From NCBI GenBank assembly GCA_021399345.1, contig JAAFKI010000136.1, positions 1 to 38,489 of the forward strand: a stretch of 38,489 bases of DNA, read 5' to 3'. Below, in pieces: positions 9,401 to 17,627 of the stretch. The DNA is from Candidatus Heimdallarchaeota archaeon (lineage in GTDB: Archaea; Asgardarchaeota; Heimdallarchaeia; Heimdallarchaeales; Heimdallarchaeaceae). Position numbers and translations under genes: made by a program. Below the pieces are notes generated by a model that did not search any database, was not told where the DNA came from, and saw only the letters and a program-made list of their open reading frames with translations. Within the stretch, counting starts at the first letter, position 1; every line of letters starts with the position of its first letter.

Positions 9401-9443
9401 TTACAGACCTTTAGTTAAGGTTACAACCTTCTCAACAAGGTTA
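9401..9443. repeat. Imperfect 20-bp tandem repeat with nested inverted repeats; candidate recombinase binding or crossover site
   Basis: TTACAGACCTTTAGTTAAGG / TTACAACCTTCTCAACAAGG / TTA. It contains AAGGTT-AC-AACCTT (9417-9430) and ends 2 bp before the recombinase ATG. Confidence 0.6.
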
Positions 9444-9445
9444 AT

Positions 9446-10177
9446 ATGATTCGTTGTATTGTTTATGTTAGAACCTCAACATCTGATCAAGAATCAGGTT
9501 TAGAAACACAAATTGATGACGTTACAGCAAAAATCTATCAAGCTGGAGATAGGGAGATCATCAAAATAATCAAAGACGAGGATGTTCCAGGTGATAGTGA
9601 TCCGGAATATAGAGAAGGATTCATTGAGATTCTAAGAATGGTTGAAGAAAATGAATTTGATGAGTTGTGGAGTCAATCTAGAGACCGTTTATCGAGAGAT
9701 GTAGATATTCTAGGATATATTCGTGTTATGCTCAAGAAAAAAGAAATATCTATCATCTGTTTAGATGATGAAGATAACAAAGCATTTGCCAGAATAAAGG
9801 ATCTTTTTGGAGAAATGGAGTTAGAGAAATATAGAGAGAAACGATACAAAGGTATGTTACGAAGAATAAATAACAAAAAAGTTATGTCTCGTCCTCCATT
9901 TGGATATGCAGTTGATGAGGGAGGAAGCCTAATAGTTGATGAAAGTAAAATGGGTCTTATTAGACGTCTTTTCGGTGAGTTTGATAATCCTTTTGCATCA
10001 CTAAAGACCTTAAGTATGAAATATAACATCCCTGTATCCACTTTGAGAAATATACGATCTAATCCTATCTATAGAACAGGAGAAGTAAGGTGGGCTGGGA
10101 AAATAGCTTATTATGTAGATCCAATTGTTCCAGAAGATAAAGATCAGATGTTAAAAACTGAATGGGAAGGAAGCTGA
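9446..10177 (+). CDS. Serine recombinase (resolvase catalytic domain plus recombinase domain, no zinc ribbon)
   Basis: YVRTSTSDQ (catalytic Ser), SRDRLSRD, PPFGY and TLRNIRSNPIYRTG motifs; 243 aa. Confidence 0.92.
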   Translation: MIRCIVYVRTSTSDQESGLETQIDDVTAKIYQAGDREIIKIIKDEDVPGDSDPEYREGFIEILRMVEENEFDELWSQSRDRLSRDVDILGYIRVMLKKKEISIICLDDEDNKAFARIKDLFGEMELEKYREKRYKGMLRRINNKKVMSRPPFGYAVDEGGSLIVDESKMGLIRRLFGEFDNPFASLKTLSMKYNIPVSTLRNIRSNPIYRTGEVRWAGKIAYYVDPIVPEDKDQMLKTEWEGS

Positions 10178-10184
10178 AGCCCTC

Positions 10185-11090
10185 TTACTCATACATTTCT
10201 CTAATATACTCCTTTTCAAGGACTATTCTTACGTCTGGTATATTAGTGCTGAAGCCATATTCTGTGATGAATCCAGTAATCAAATTAGCTGGTATTATTT
10301 CAAAATAAGGGTTGTAAACTTTAACTTCCTTTGGTTTATCCTTTGCCCAAACCTCTGAGGATGGATAACTTTGTATAGTGAAGGGAATAGATTTCAAAAG
10401 TAGCTTTAGAGTGGTACTAGTGACATAAAAAGGAACTTTATCTTGAGAAGCGAAAATAGCTAAAGCATGACAGCCTATTTTATTTACAACATTTCCATTA
10501 GGAAAAATAGTGTCTGCACCTATAAGCACCAAATCAGGATTCAAAGCTTTAATAGCTCTTCCAACAGCTGCATCTACAAGGTAATTAACCTTATACCCTA
10601 GATTAACTGCTTCCAAAGCTAATTTCTTACCTTCTAGCGCAGGTCTTGATTCAAAAACTGTTAACTCTGGAAGCTTATCTGAGTCTTGTGTTTCGCTTAG
10701 TTTTTTGAGTGCACAGAATATTGTACTTGATCTTGACATAGTCACGATATTTTTACACTGGGAAATAATGGGTTTTAGTTTATCTATGAGATGCTTTCTT
10801 TGTTCATCCATCTTTTCAATTACTCTATCAGCTAAATCCTCAACAGCGACACCATGTTGAAAGAAATCCATGAAATAAATCAAAACATTTCGAAGAGCAG
10901 ACATTTCTTTTTTAATATCTATAACCTTACGTAGCATTTCTGAAAGGTCAATTATTTTGCCAAATCTAGCTGGATTTAATTGAATTTCATTTTTAATAAG
11001 CAGAACAGCTTTACGGACTATTTCTTCAGATCCACTGACTTTATCAGTTTTCAAACGTGCAATTTGTTCTTGAAATTCTTTGGAATACAC
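10185..11090 (-). CDS. Initiation factor 2B family protein (aIF-2B / MtnA / R15P isomerase superfamily)
   Basis: DKVSGS, TMSRSSTI, ESRPALEG, GADTI..G.VVNKIG, NPYFE..P..LITGFITE motifs; GTG start. Confidence 0.88.
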   Translation of the reverse strand: MYSKEFQEQIARLKTDKVSGSEEIVRKAVLLIKNEIQLNPARFGKIIDLSEMLRKVIDIKKEMSALRNVLIYFMDFFQHGVAVEDLADRVIEKMDEQRKHLIDKLKPIISQCKNIVTMSRSSTIFCALKKLSETQDSDKLPELTVFESRPALEGKKLALEAVNLGYKVNYLVDAAVGRAIKALNPDLVLIGADTIFPNGNVVNKIGCHALAIFASQDKVPFYVTSTTLKLLLKSIPFTIQSYPSSEVWAKDKPKEVKVYNPYFEIIPANLITGFITEYGFSTNIPDVRIVLEKEYIREMYE

Positions 11091-11150
11091 AAAGCTTCAG
11101 TTGGAAATGCCTTTAAAAAGTTGTTTCTTTCCTTAAAAAAGATCAAAAGA

Positions 11151-11885
11151 CTATAGACTAAAGAAATCTTTTTCCTCATCTATAATTTCAATGTATAATC
11201 TGTCATATTTGTGTGTTAGATGAATTATATTTTCTGGTAAAATTCTTTCCTTCGATTTTGCAAAGAATGTTCGAACTGTAGCTAAATCTTCTTCATCAAT
11301 CATCATATCTTTTTGAATCCTAATGATAAGAAGAGGAATTTTTTTGTTTTCCTCTAGAATATCTTCTACATTTCTCCCTACCTTACGAACACATCCATTG
11401 TATTCTTTTTTCATTTTTCCCGCACCATTTTCAACTAATCTCTCTAGACCTTCAAATGATGCAGGTATTGCTTTTTTGAGATTAAATCCACTAACTATGA
11501 AATTGAAAGGAAATAAAAGAGCAATGAAGATTGCTAAGAAATAGATTAGTGGAACGGGAAGCTTAAACAAAAAATTAAGAAACCAATGAGGTGTCAAAAT
11601 TCGAGCAGCACCAATAAGAATAACCCCTTTGCAGTTTGTAAGTGCTCTTCTACTGAGAAGCTCAATAATATTACAACCACCCATACTATATCCAGCAATC
11701 ATAAACGGTCTGTTTTCGGGGATTAGTGATTCTATTTCTTCTAGATGATCATCTATTGTGAATCTCTTGTAATTGGTTGTATATGCAAAATTGTCTTTCC
11801 CATACCTTTCTTCATATGTAGGATAGGTTCTCTTATAATTACTAAAACCTGGAGCTAGAATCATGAATGGTTCTTTTTCAGACAT
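11151..11885 (-). CDS. Alpha/beta hydrolase
   Basis: APGF oxyanion loop, GYSMGG nucleophile elbow, late Asp and His. ATG 11885 preferred over TTG 11924. Confidence 0.8.
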   Translation of the reverse strand: MSEKEPFMILAPGFSNYKRTYPTYEERYGKDNFAYTTNYKRFTIDDHLEEIESLIPENRPFMIAGYSMGGCNIIELLSRRALTNCKGVILIGAARILTPHWFLNFLFKLPVPLIYFLAIFIALLFPFNFIVSGFNLKKAIPASFEGLERLVENGAGKMKKEYNGCVRKVGRNVEDILEENKKIPLLIIRIQKDMMIDEEDLATVRTFFAKSKERILPENIIHLTHKYDRLYIEIIDEEKDFFSL

Positions 11886-11977
11886 TGTATTTGCGTTAGC
11901 TAGGTTAGTTTTAAGTTTTGTCAAATGCTTTATGATTTAAAGTAAAATCTAAAAAGGGTTCATGATATCAAAGTATA

Positions 11978-12871
11978 ATGGTTAATTTCCTCTTCATAAT
12001 TTCATTATTCTCAGGATTAGCTTCTTTTGCTTTTTATAACATAGGATTTGCTCTAGAAAAGAAAGCTATCAACAAGATGTCAGAGGAAATCAAAAAATCA
12101 ACAAAAACAATGTTGAAATCAATTTTAACAAGTAAATTATGGCTTTTTGGAGCTTTCCTAACAATAATAAGTATTGGTTTTTACTACGTTGCACTTCTAT
12201 GGGCTCCCTTAAGCGCAATAGCTCCCTTGTCAGGTTTCGGTATTATCATATTGGTCATATATGCTCATTTAGATTTAAAAGAAACAATAGGAAAAACTGA
12301 ATTGATTGGTATCTTCTTGATTCTAGGAGGAATCACAGTTTCTTCATATCTTACAAGTTTTGGTGATTCATTTCTAACTTGGAACCAATGGAAAATTTCT
12401 TCACATTCTTGGGGGAGTACAATAATGATAGTTGGTAGTCTTATTGTTGCAATTTCTTTTACATTCGTACCTGCTATTTTCAAAAGAAAAATTAAACCAT
12501 TTGATATTGCAATATTTGCTGGAATAATAGCTGGAATTCAAGCCATAGTCATAAAAGGAATCACCATTTGGACCTCAGAAACTGATTGGAATATCGATTT
12601 ATTTATAGCCATATTCTATTTTGTTGGATTTCTTATAACGGCTCTTTTGTCTACAGGAAGTCTCCAATTTGCATTTAGAGACGGTAAAGTTTCTAATATT
12701 ATGGCTATATATAATGGAGTGATGACAATATTTCCTATTTTCTTTGGAGGGATACTTCTAGGAGAATGGAGTTTACTTTCATCATTACAACAAACTTTTC
12801 TTGGTATTTCTATTTGTATAACTTTGATTGGAATAGTAGTGCTGAGTTTGCGTCATTCTCATTCTTCGTAG
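11978..12871 (+). CDS. DMT superfamily transporter (NIPA Mg2+-transporter-like)
   Basis: About nine TM segments; GFALEKKA, LWLFG, ALLWAPLSAIAPL, LKE, LQFAFRDG and GGILLGE motifs. Confidence 0.85.
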   Translation: MVNFLFIISLFSGLASFAFYNIGFALEKKAINKMSEEIKKSTKTMLKSILTSKLWLFGAFLTIISIGFYYVALLWAPLSAIAPLSGFGIIILVIYAHLDLKETIGKTELIGIFLILGGITVSSYLTSFGDSFLTWNQWKISSHSWGSTIMIVGSLIVAISFTFVPAIFKRKIKPFDIAIFAGIIAGIQAIVIKGITIWTSETDWNIDLFIAIFYFVGFLITALLSTGSLQFAFRDGKVSNIMAIYNGVMTIFPIFFGGILLGEWSLLSSLQQTFLGISICITLIGIVVLSLRHSHSS

Positions 12872-14213
12872 TGACTAATCTATGAGTAATCTTCTCTATT
12901 TCATCTAGAGTAATATCAATATCTCGATTGAGAAGTGTTGAATTGTCTAAAATCAATTTACCATTACTTATGACGTTTGTTACATCATTACCTTTCATGG
13001 AATAGGCGAAATGATTGAGAAGATATTTGTCATCAAAATTAGGTGTTAGATGTGGTTTCTTTAAATTAATTGTAACAATATCTGCAAACGAATTCTTTTC
13101 TAAAGTTCCAATACCTTCCCATCCTATAGCTTTAGCTCCACCAATAGTAGCTAATCTAAAAGCTTCTTCTGCTTTAATTAGAGTAGGATTATGATGTAGG
13201 CCTTTATAATAAACAGCTAGGAACCTAATAGTATCGAAAAGATCTAATGTATTATTGCTGGAAGGACCATCTGTCCCCAAACCTACTAATTTAGTTGACT
13301 TGATTATCTCTGGAATCGGAGGCATGTGATTGCCAAGTTTTGCATTGGAAAGAGGATTAAGCGATATTTTTGTTCTTTTATCTTTTAGTAAATTAATATC
13401 ATTGTTATTAACATGGATACAATGTGCTGCCATTAGATTTTCGTCTAGAATGCCTATTTCATCTAGAAACTGAACAGGGGTTTTTACATCAGGAAAAGGA
13501 ATTTCATATTTTTCATTGAACTTCTTGCTATCCTCTATTTCAGTTTCTGATTCAGCTAGATGGGTGTGAATTAGAACATCAGGACTTTCTGTGTTTTTAG
13601 AATTATACTCTTTCATGAACTTGTGAGCAGCTTTGAAATCTGAAATACTAACTGTATATGGAGAGTGCAAGGCTAAGGATACTCTAATCGTTTCCTCTAA
13701 CGAATTGTGATGTTCCTTAACAATTTCTATGGCATCCTCTAAAGTCGTTATCCCTGTAATAACAGGTGCAGCTACGATGCCTTTCAATCCAACGTCACTG
13801 ATTGCTTTTGCTTCGAATTCGGGATACCAGTACATTGAGTTAACCGTTGTAACTCCGCTTAGAATTGACTCCATACTTCCTAGAAGAGCTCCTTGATAGA
13901 CATCTTCTTCGGTGAGCTTAGCTTCCAAAGGCCAAATATTCTCTTCTAACCAAGTTTTTAATGGAATATCATCTGCAATCCCTCTAAATACAGTCATTGC
14001 TAAATGTGTGTGGCTATTAATTAATCCGGGAATTATGAGTTGATTATTATCTCCTACTACATCATGTCCAGAGAGGTTTTGTTTTGTTTTTTCATAAGTT
14101 CCTATTTCTACTATTCTGTCTTCTTCTATTATCAGAAGGGGATTTTTAACGAATTTGAGATTGAAATCATTGTCAAAATATACTGCTAATCTTCCTTCTA
14201 CAGCAAGTTCCAT
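12810..14213 (-). CDS. mtaD: Amidohydrolase, MTA/SAH deaminase-like
   Basis: PGLINSHTH, FRGIADD, WL...IWPLE, HSPYT, HTHLAES, AHCIH, LGTDGPSSNN motifs. Substrate is inferred. Confidence 0.8.
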   Translation of the reverse strand: MELAVEGRLAVYFDNDFNLKFVKNPLLIIEEDRIVEIGTYEKTKQNLSGHDVVGDNNQLIIPGLINSHTHLAMTVFRGIADDIPLKTWLEENIWPLEAKLTEEDVYQGALLGSMESILSGVTTVNSMYWYPEFEAKAISDVGLKGIVAAPVITGITTLEDAIEIVKEHHNSLEETIRVSLALHSPYTVSISDFKAAHKFMKEYNSKNTESPDVLIHTHLAESETEIEDSKKFNEKYEIPFPDVKTPVQFLDEIGILDENLMAAHCIHVNNNDINLLKDKRTKISLNPLSNAKLGNHMPPIPEIIKSTKLVGLGTDGPSSNNTLDLFDTIRFLAVYYKGLHHNPTLIKAEEAFRLATIGGAKAIGWEGIGTLEKNSFADIVTINLKKPHLTPNFDDKYLLNHFAYSMKGNDVTNVISNGKLILDNSTLLNRDIDITLDEIEKITHRLVTTKNENDANSALLFQSKLYK

Positions 14214-14284
14214 AAGAGTATAATAAAAGAAAAATATTTGAGTGTTGTTCTATTTGGTAACAAATTCTCTTTATAAAAAAAAAC

Positions 14285-15346
14285 CTAAGTCAAATATACC
14301 GGCTTGTGAGGATATATTGGAATTAAATGGTTACACTTTGGGCATCTACTATTTTCTGTTATGTTGTTGAAAATAACAGAAAACACATTCCTTTTTATCA
14401 GTAATTCTGAGCAATTTGGACAGTATGTGCTCTGGAAAGGGTGGCCTGGAATATTTCCCAAATAAACGAAATTTAATCCTTCGTCTTTTGCAATGGTATG
14501 TGCTTTTTGAAGCTGTGAAATTGTAGTCTTAGGAATTTGAGTTAAGTGGGAAGGGAAGTATCTAATAAAATGTACAGGGGTATTAGCAGAGAGGTTTTTG
14601 ATAACTTTCTGGGAGAAATCTCTAATGAATTCTTCGTCATCATTTATTGTTGGGATAACTAAATACACGAGTTCGATGTGAACACTTCTTTGATAAGCCA
14701 TTTGGAGATTTTCCCAAATATATTTGACTTTTATATCTAATAAGCAATCAGCAACATTTTCTGTCCCTTTGAAGCTGACAGTTAAACCATTCATGCCTGC
14801 TGAAATAAGATAATCGAGAGCTTCTCCTGTCATATATCCATTAGAAACAAACATTTTGTAATAGTCATTAGGAAGCAATTGGAAAACATCCACTGCAAAT
14901 TCAAAAGAAAGTGTTGGTTCATTAAAGGAGAAACAAACCCCATTTATGGAGGGATTAAAACGAGCATTTTCAACAACTTTTTCTGGAGTCATTAGACTTG
15001 CATCAGTAAATTTTTCCGGTCGAAGATTCTTAGTAATATCCCAATTTATACACCAATCACAATCAAAATTGCATCCCCAAGAACCTAATGTTAAAGTGGT
15101 TGATCCAGGAAAATAGTGATAAGCTGGTTTTTTTTCTATGGGATTAAGACTATAACTAGAAATATCTCCGTATTGAATGGAGTAGAGTTTGCCGTTAAAA
15201 TTTTGCCTTGTTTTACATTTACCCATTTCTCCCTCTTTAATAACACACATTCTTCTGCATGTTAAACACTGAACAGTATCACCATTCATTCTCTTGAAAA
15301 GATAAGACTGTCTTATTCGGGGATCTTTAGTGCTCAATGTTTTCAT
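14285..15346 (-). CDS. amrS: AmmeMemoRadiSam-system radical SAM enzyme (PflX/AmrS-like)
   Basis: N-terminal CLTCRRMC..G.C..R, PIEKKP.YHYFPG, CNFDCDWC.NW.I, FNEPT, FVYLGN, T.CP.C and C-terminal CPKC. Confidence 0.88.
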   Translation of the reverse strand: MKTLSTKDPRIRQSYLFKRMNGDTVQCLTCRRMCVIKEGEMGKCKTRQNFNGKLYSIQYGDISSYSLNPIEKKPAYHYFPGSTTLTLGSWGCNFDCDWCINWDITKNLRPEKFTDASLMTPEKVVENARFNPSINGVCFSFNEPTLSFEFAVDVFQLLPNDYYKMFVSNGYMTGEALDYLISAGMNGLTVSFKGTENVADCLLDIKVKYIWENLQMAYQRSVHIELVYLVIPTINDDEEFIRDFSQKVIKNLSANTPVHFIRYFPSHLTQIPKTTISQLQKAHTIAKDEGLNFVYLGNIPGHPFQSTYCPNCSELLIKRNVFSVIFNNITENSRCPKCNHLIPIYPHKPVYLT

Positions 15347-15464
15347 TCTTTTAGTAAAAGTATTTCTTATATATGTTTTGACAGTTTTATCTCCAAATAT
15401 GAAAAAAACACCTGTTTTGAAAAGCGATACACAAGGTAAATAGGTTCTTTTAAGGATGAAAATG

Positions 15465-17375
15465 TTAAAGAATTAGATATTTCAGAGAAAGGAATCTGCA
15501 AACTTGACTAGTCTTTCTCAAAAGAATCAATACTTCTATTGGACTTTGATTATACCAACTGAAAACAATTACTGATTGTTCATTATTAATTGTGACTTCC
15601 TTGAGATAGAGTGATAATGGTGTTGTAAAATCAAACGAGAAAGGAATTAAGGAATTGTAATCAGTCATTTGAAGAGTAACTTTGGAACCATTTGTGTAAA
15701 TAGTATTATTAGCAACATAGGTTGTTGAATTCCCCCATAACGGATCTCCAGTATTTGGATTAGGCAGGAATCGAGGATAGTTAGAACTGGATATGTCTAT
15801 ACGTAACTTGTGACCTTCATTAAAAAGATAAGCTGTACTATCAAGTTTCATGTTTATTTCATAAATAGAACCTGGTGTAAGAAAATCCCAGTCAGATAAA
15901 CCGTTTCTATTTCTGGCTCTAATGATTGTATCAGTAATAATCATAGATCTATTGTCAGGATAGACGTCAATTAGTTTGACAGTAAAATCAGTATCTGTAC
16001 AATTTGAACTAACATAAAGAGAAACTTCAACTTGTCCTACAACAGTTTCCGGTCGTGTAAATGTAGGTGTAGTAAATCTCAAAATGTCATCTCTGGAATC
16101 TAAAGGTTGTTGATCATATGTCCCGGCAGGGAGAACTAAATTGCCTCCACCTATAGTTTGAACAGGATCATTAGGATCATATAAATACCACAAACTGTCA
16201 GCAGTTGATTCACTTGCTGTGGGTAGATTAGTGGCAAAAATAATAGGTGGAGGAATTAAACTTAAGTTAGAATGCATATATAGATCAACTGGCACAGACC
16301 AAGTTGGCCAAGATGGTGCTTGATACCAGTTATTTGCAAGATGGCTTGGATTATACTCCAAGGAACTCATGAGATAAAACATAACAGGAGGTAACATATC
16401 CCAGATAGTAGAATTATCTAATAACCATTTTTCAAAAACAGCATCAGTTGCTTTAATAACTATTCCAGGATTTTGATGAGGGAAGAGTATATCTCCAGTT
16501 GGAACTCCAAACATTCCAGCATGAACCCATGGACCCATGATCAGTTTAGCATTTCCCGCTGCACCTATACCTCCTTCAGTTTGATAACCTGTAAATGCAT
16601 CTATTGTACTTTGAGAGAAGATATCATACCATCCTCCCATGTGAATTGAAGCTGCGTTAATGTCAGAATAATTATTTCCAATATTCCCTTGTTCCCAAAT
16701 ACCGCCATACTTTTCATTCGTCTGTATTAAATCGAAAGTTGATTCAGGAAAACCATTAGCTTCTGCCCAAGGAATAATAAGCTCACTTCTCAATTGACCA
16801 CCTGTAAAAGCTGTAGAGTAAACATTCGGTGTTGCAACAATAGGGAATTGGCAAACTAAAGATTCTGGCGCATTAGGGGCCATAAGATATTGAGCTATAC
16901 CTAAAGCAGATAAACCCCAGTTGCCGATTTTACCATTACACCAAGGTTGGTCAGTAATCCAATTAAGGGTGTCATGGCCATCTGTTTGCTCAGATATAAA
17001 GGGAATAGTTAATTCTCCTTCAGAAGCATAGAACCCTCTAAAATCCTGCAAAACGACAATTATACCTATTTCTGCATAATAAGCAAGTGAACTAAGTGCA
17101 TTTTTATTGTACGGAGTTCTAGCAAAAATTACTGGTTTAGATTCGTTAATGTAAAGCGGTAAGTAAACATCAGTAGCTAGCCTAATTCCATCTCTCATAG
17201 GAATCATATAAGTAATTTTAGCATAATGATTAGTAATAGAACTATTAGCTGGATAATCCCATTGAAATAATTCAGAATGTGGAGCTTTTTTAGGAATAAA
17301 AATAACTAGAAGTGTAGTTGAAGTTGCAACAATAATTATTGAAGAAACGATTAGAGCAGCTAATTTAGTTTTCAC
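15465..17375 (-). CDS. CocE/NonD family (peptidase S15) hydrolase with N-terminal membrane anchor
   Basis: IPMRDGIRLATDVYLP, RTPYNK, QDFRGFYASEG, WGLSALG, GGWYDIF, GPWVH, DTDFTVKLIDVYPD and SSSNYPRF motifs; GTG start. Confidence 0.93.
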   Translation of the reverse strand: MKTKLAALIVSSIIIVATSTTLLVIFIPKKAPHSELFQWDYPANSSITNHYAKITYMIPMRDGIRLATDVYLPLYINESKPVIFARTPYNKNALSSLAYYAEIGIIVVLQDFRGFYASEGELTIPFISEQTDGHDTLNWITDQPWCNGKIGNWGLSALGIAQYLMAPNAPESLVCQFPIVATPNVYSTAFTGGQLRSELIIPWAEANGFPESTFDLIQTNEKYGGIWEQGNIGNNYSDINAASIHMGGWYDIFSQSTIDAFTGYQTEGGIGAAGNAKLIMGPWVHAGMFGVPTGDILFPHQNPGIVIKATDAVFEKWLLDNSTIWDMLPPVMFYLMSSLEYNPSHLANNWYQAPSWPTWSVPVDLYMHSNLSLIPPPIIFATNLPTASESTADSLWYLYDPNDPVQTIGGGNLVLPAGTYDQQPLDSRDDILRFTTPTFTRPETVVGQVEVSLYVSSNCTDTDFTVKLIDVYPDNRSMIITDTIIRARNRNGLSDWDFLTPGSIYEINMKLDSTAYLFNEGHKLRIDISSSNYPRFLPNPNTGDPLWGNSTTYVANNTIYTNGSKVTLQMTDYNSLIPFSFDFTTPLSLYLKEVTINNEQSVIVFSWYNQSPIEVLILLRKTSQVCRFLSLKYLIL

Positions 17376-17386
17376 AAATTAAAGTA

Positions 17387-17401
17387 ATATTGGTCCAATA
17401 T
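17387..17401. promoter_or_regulatory. Palindrome, candidate operator upstream of the CocE/NonD gene
   Basis: ATATTGG-T-CCAATAT, 12-26 bp upstream of the GTG start. Confidence 0.4.
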
Positions 17402-17627
17402 ATTTTTTTGGGCTATTTTTTTTCTAATTATTCATAGCTTTTGGAAATTTCTTCATGGAGCTCATTCTTCATAGCAATGCTTAAACCTAGCCACATGACA
17501 AAATCCATTAGAATTCAACTTTCAATTTGAACATGTCATATAGACAAAAAACTTACTTTTTAATAACAGAGTAAAGATTCTTGTAGCACGTTACAAAAAA
17601 ATTATAAACCCATTAAGGTCATTCAAG

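Noticed and set aside
9446-10177. IS607-type transposase or prophage integrase
   Set aside because: No N-terminal MerR-like HTH, no tnpB and no viral genes; no flanking att direct repeats were found by eye.
10185-11090. Ribose-1,5-bisphosphate isomerase or MtnA call
   Set aside because: The catalytic Cys motif (THC) is replaced by TMSRS, so only the family-level call is kept.
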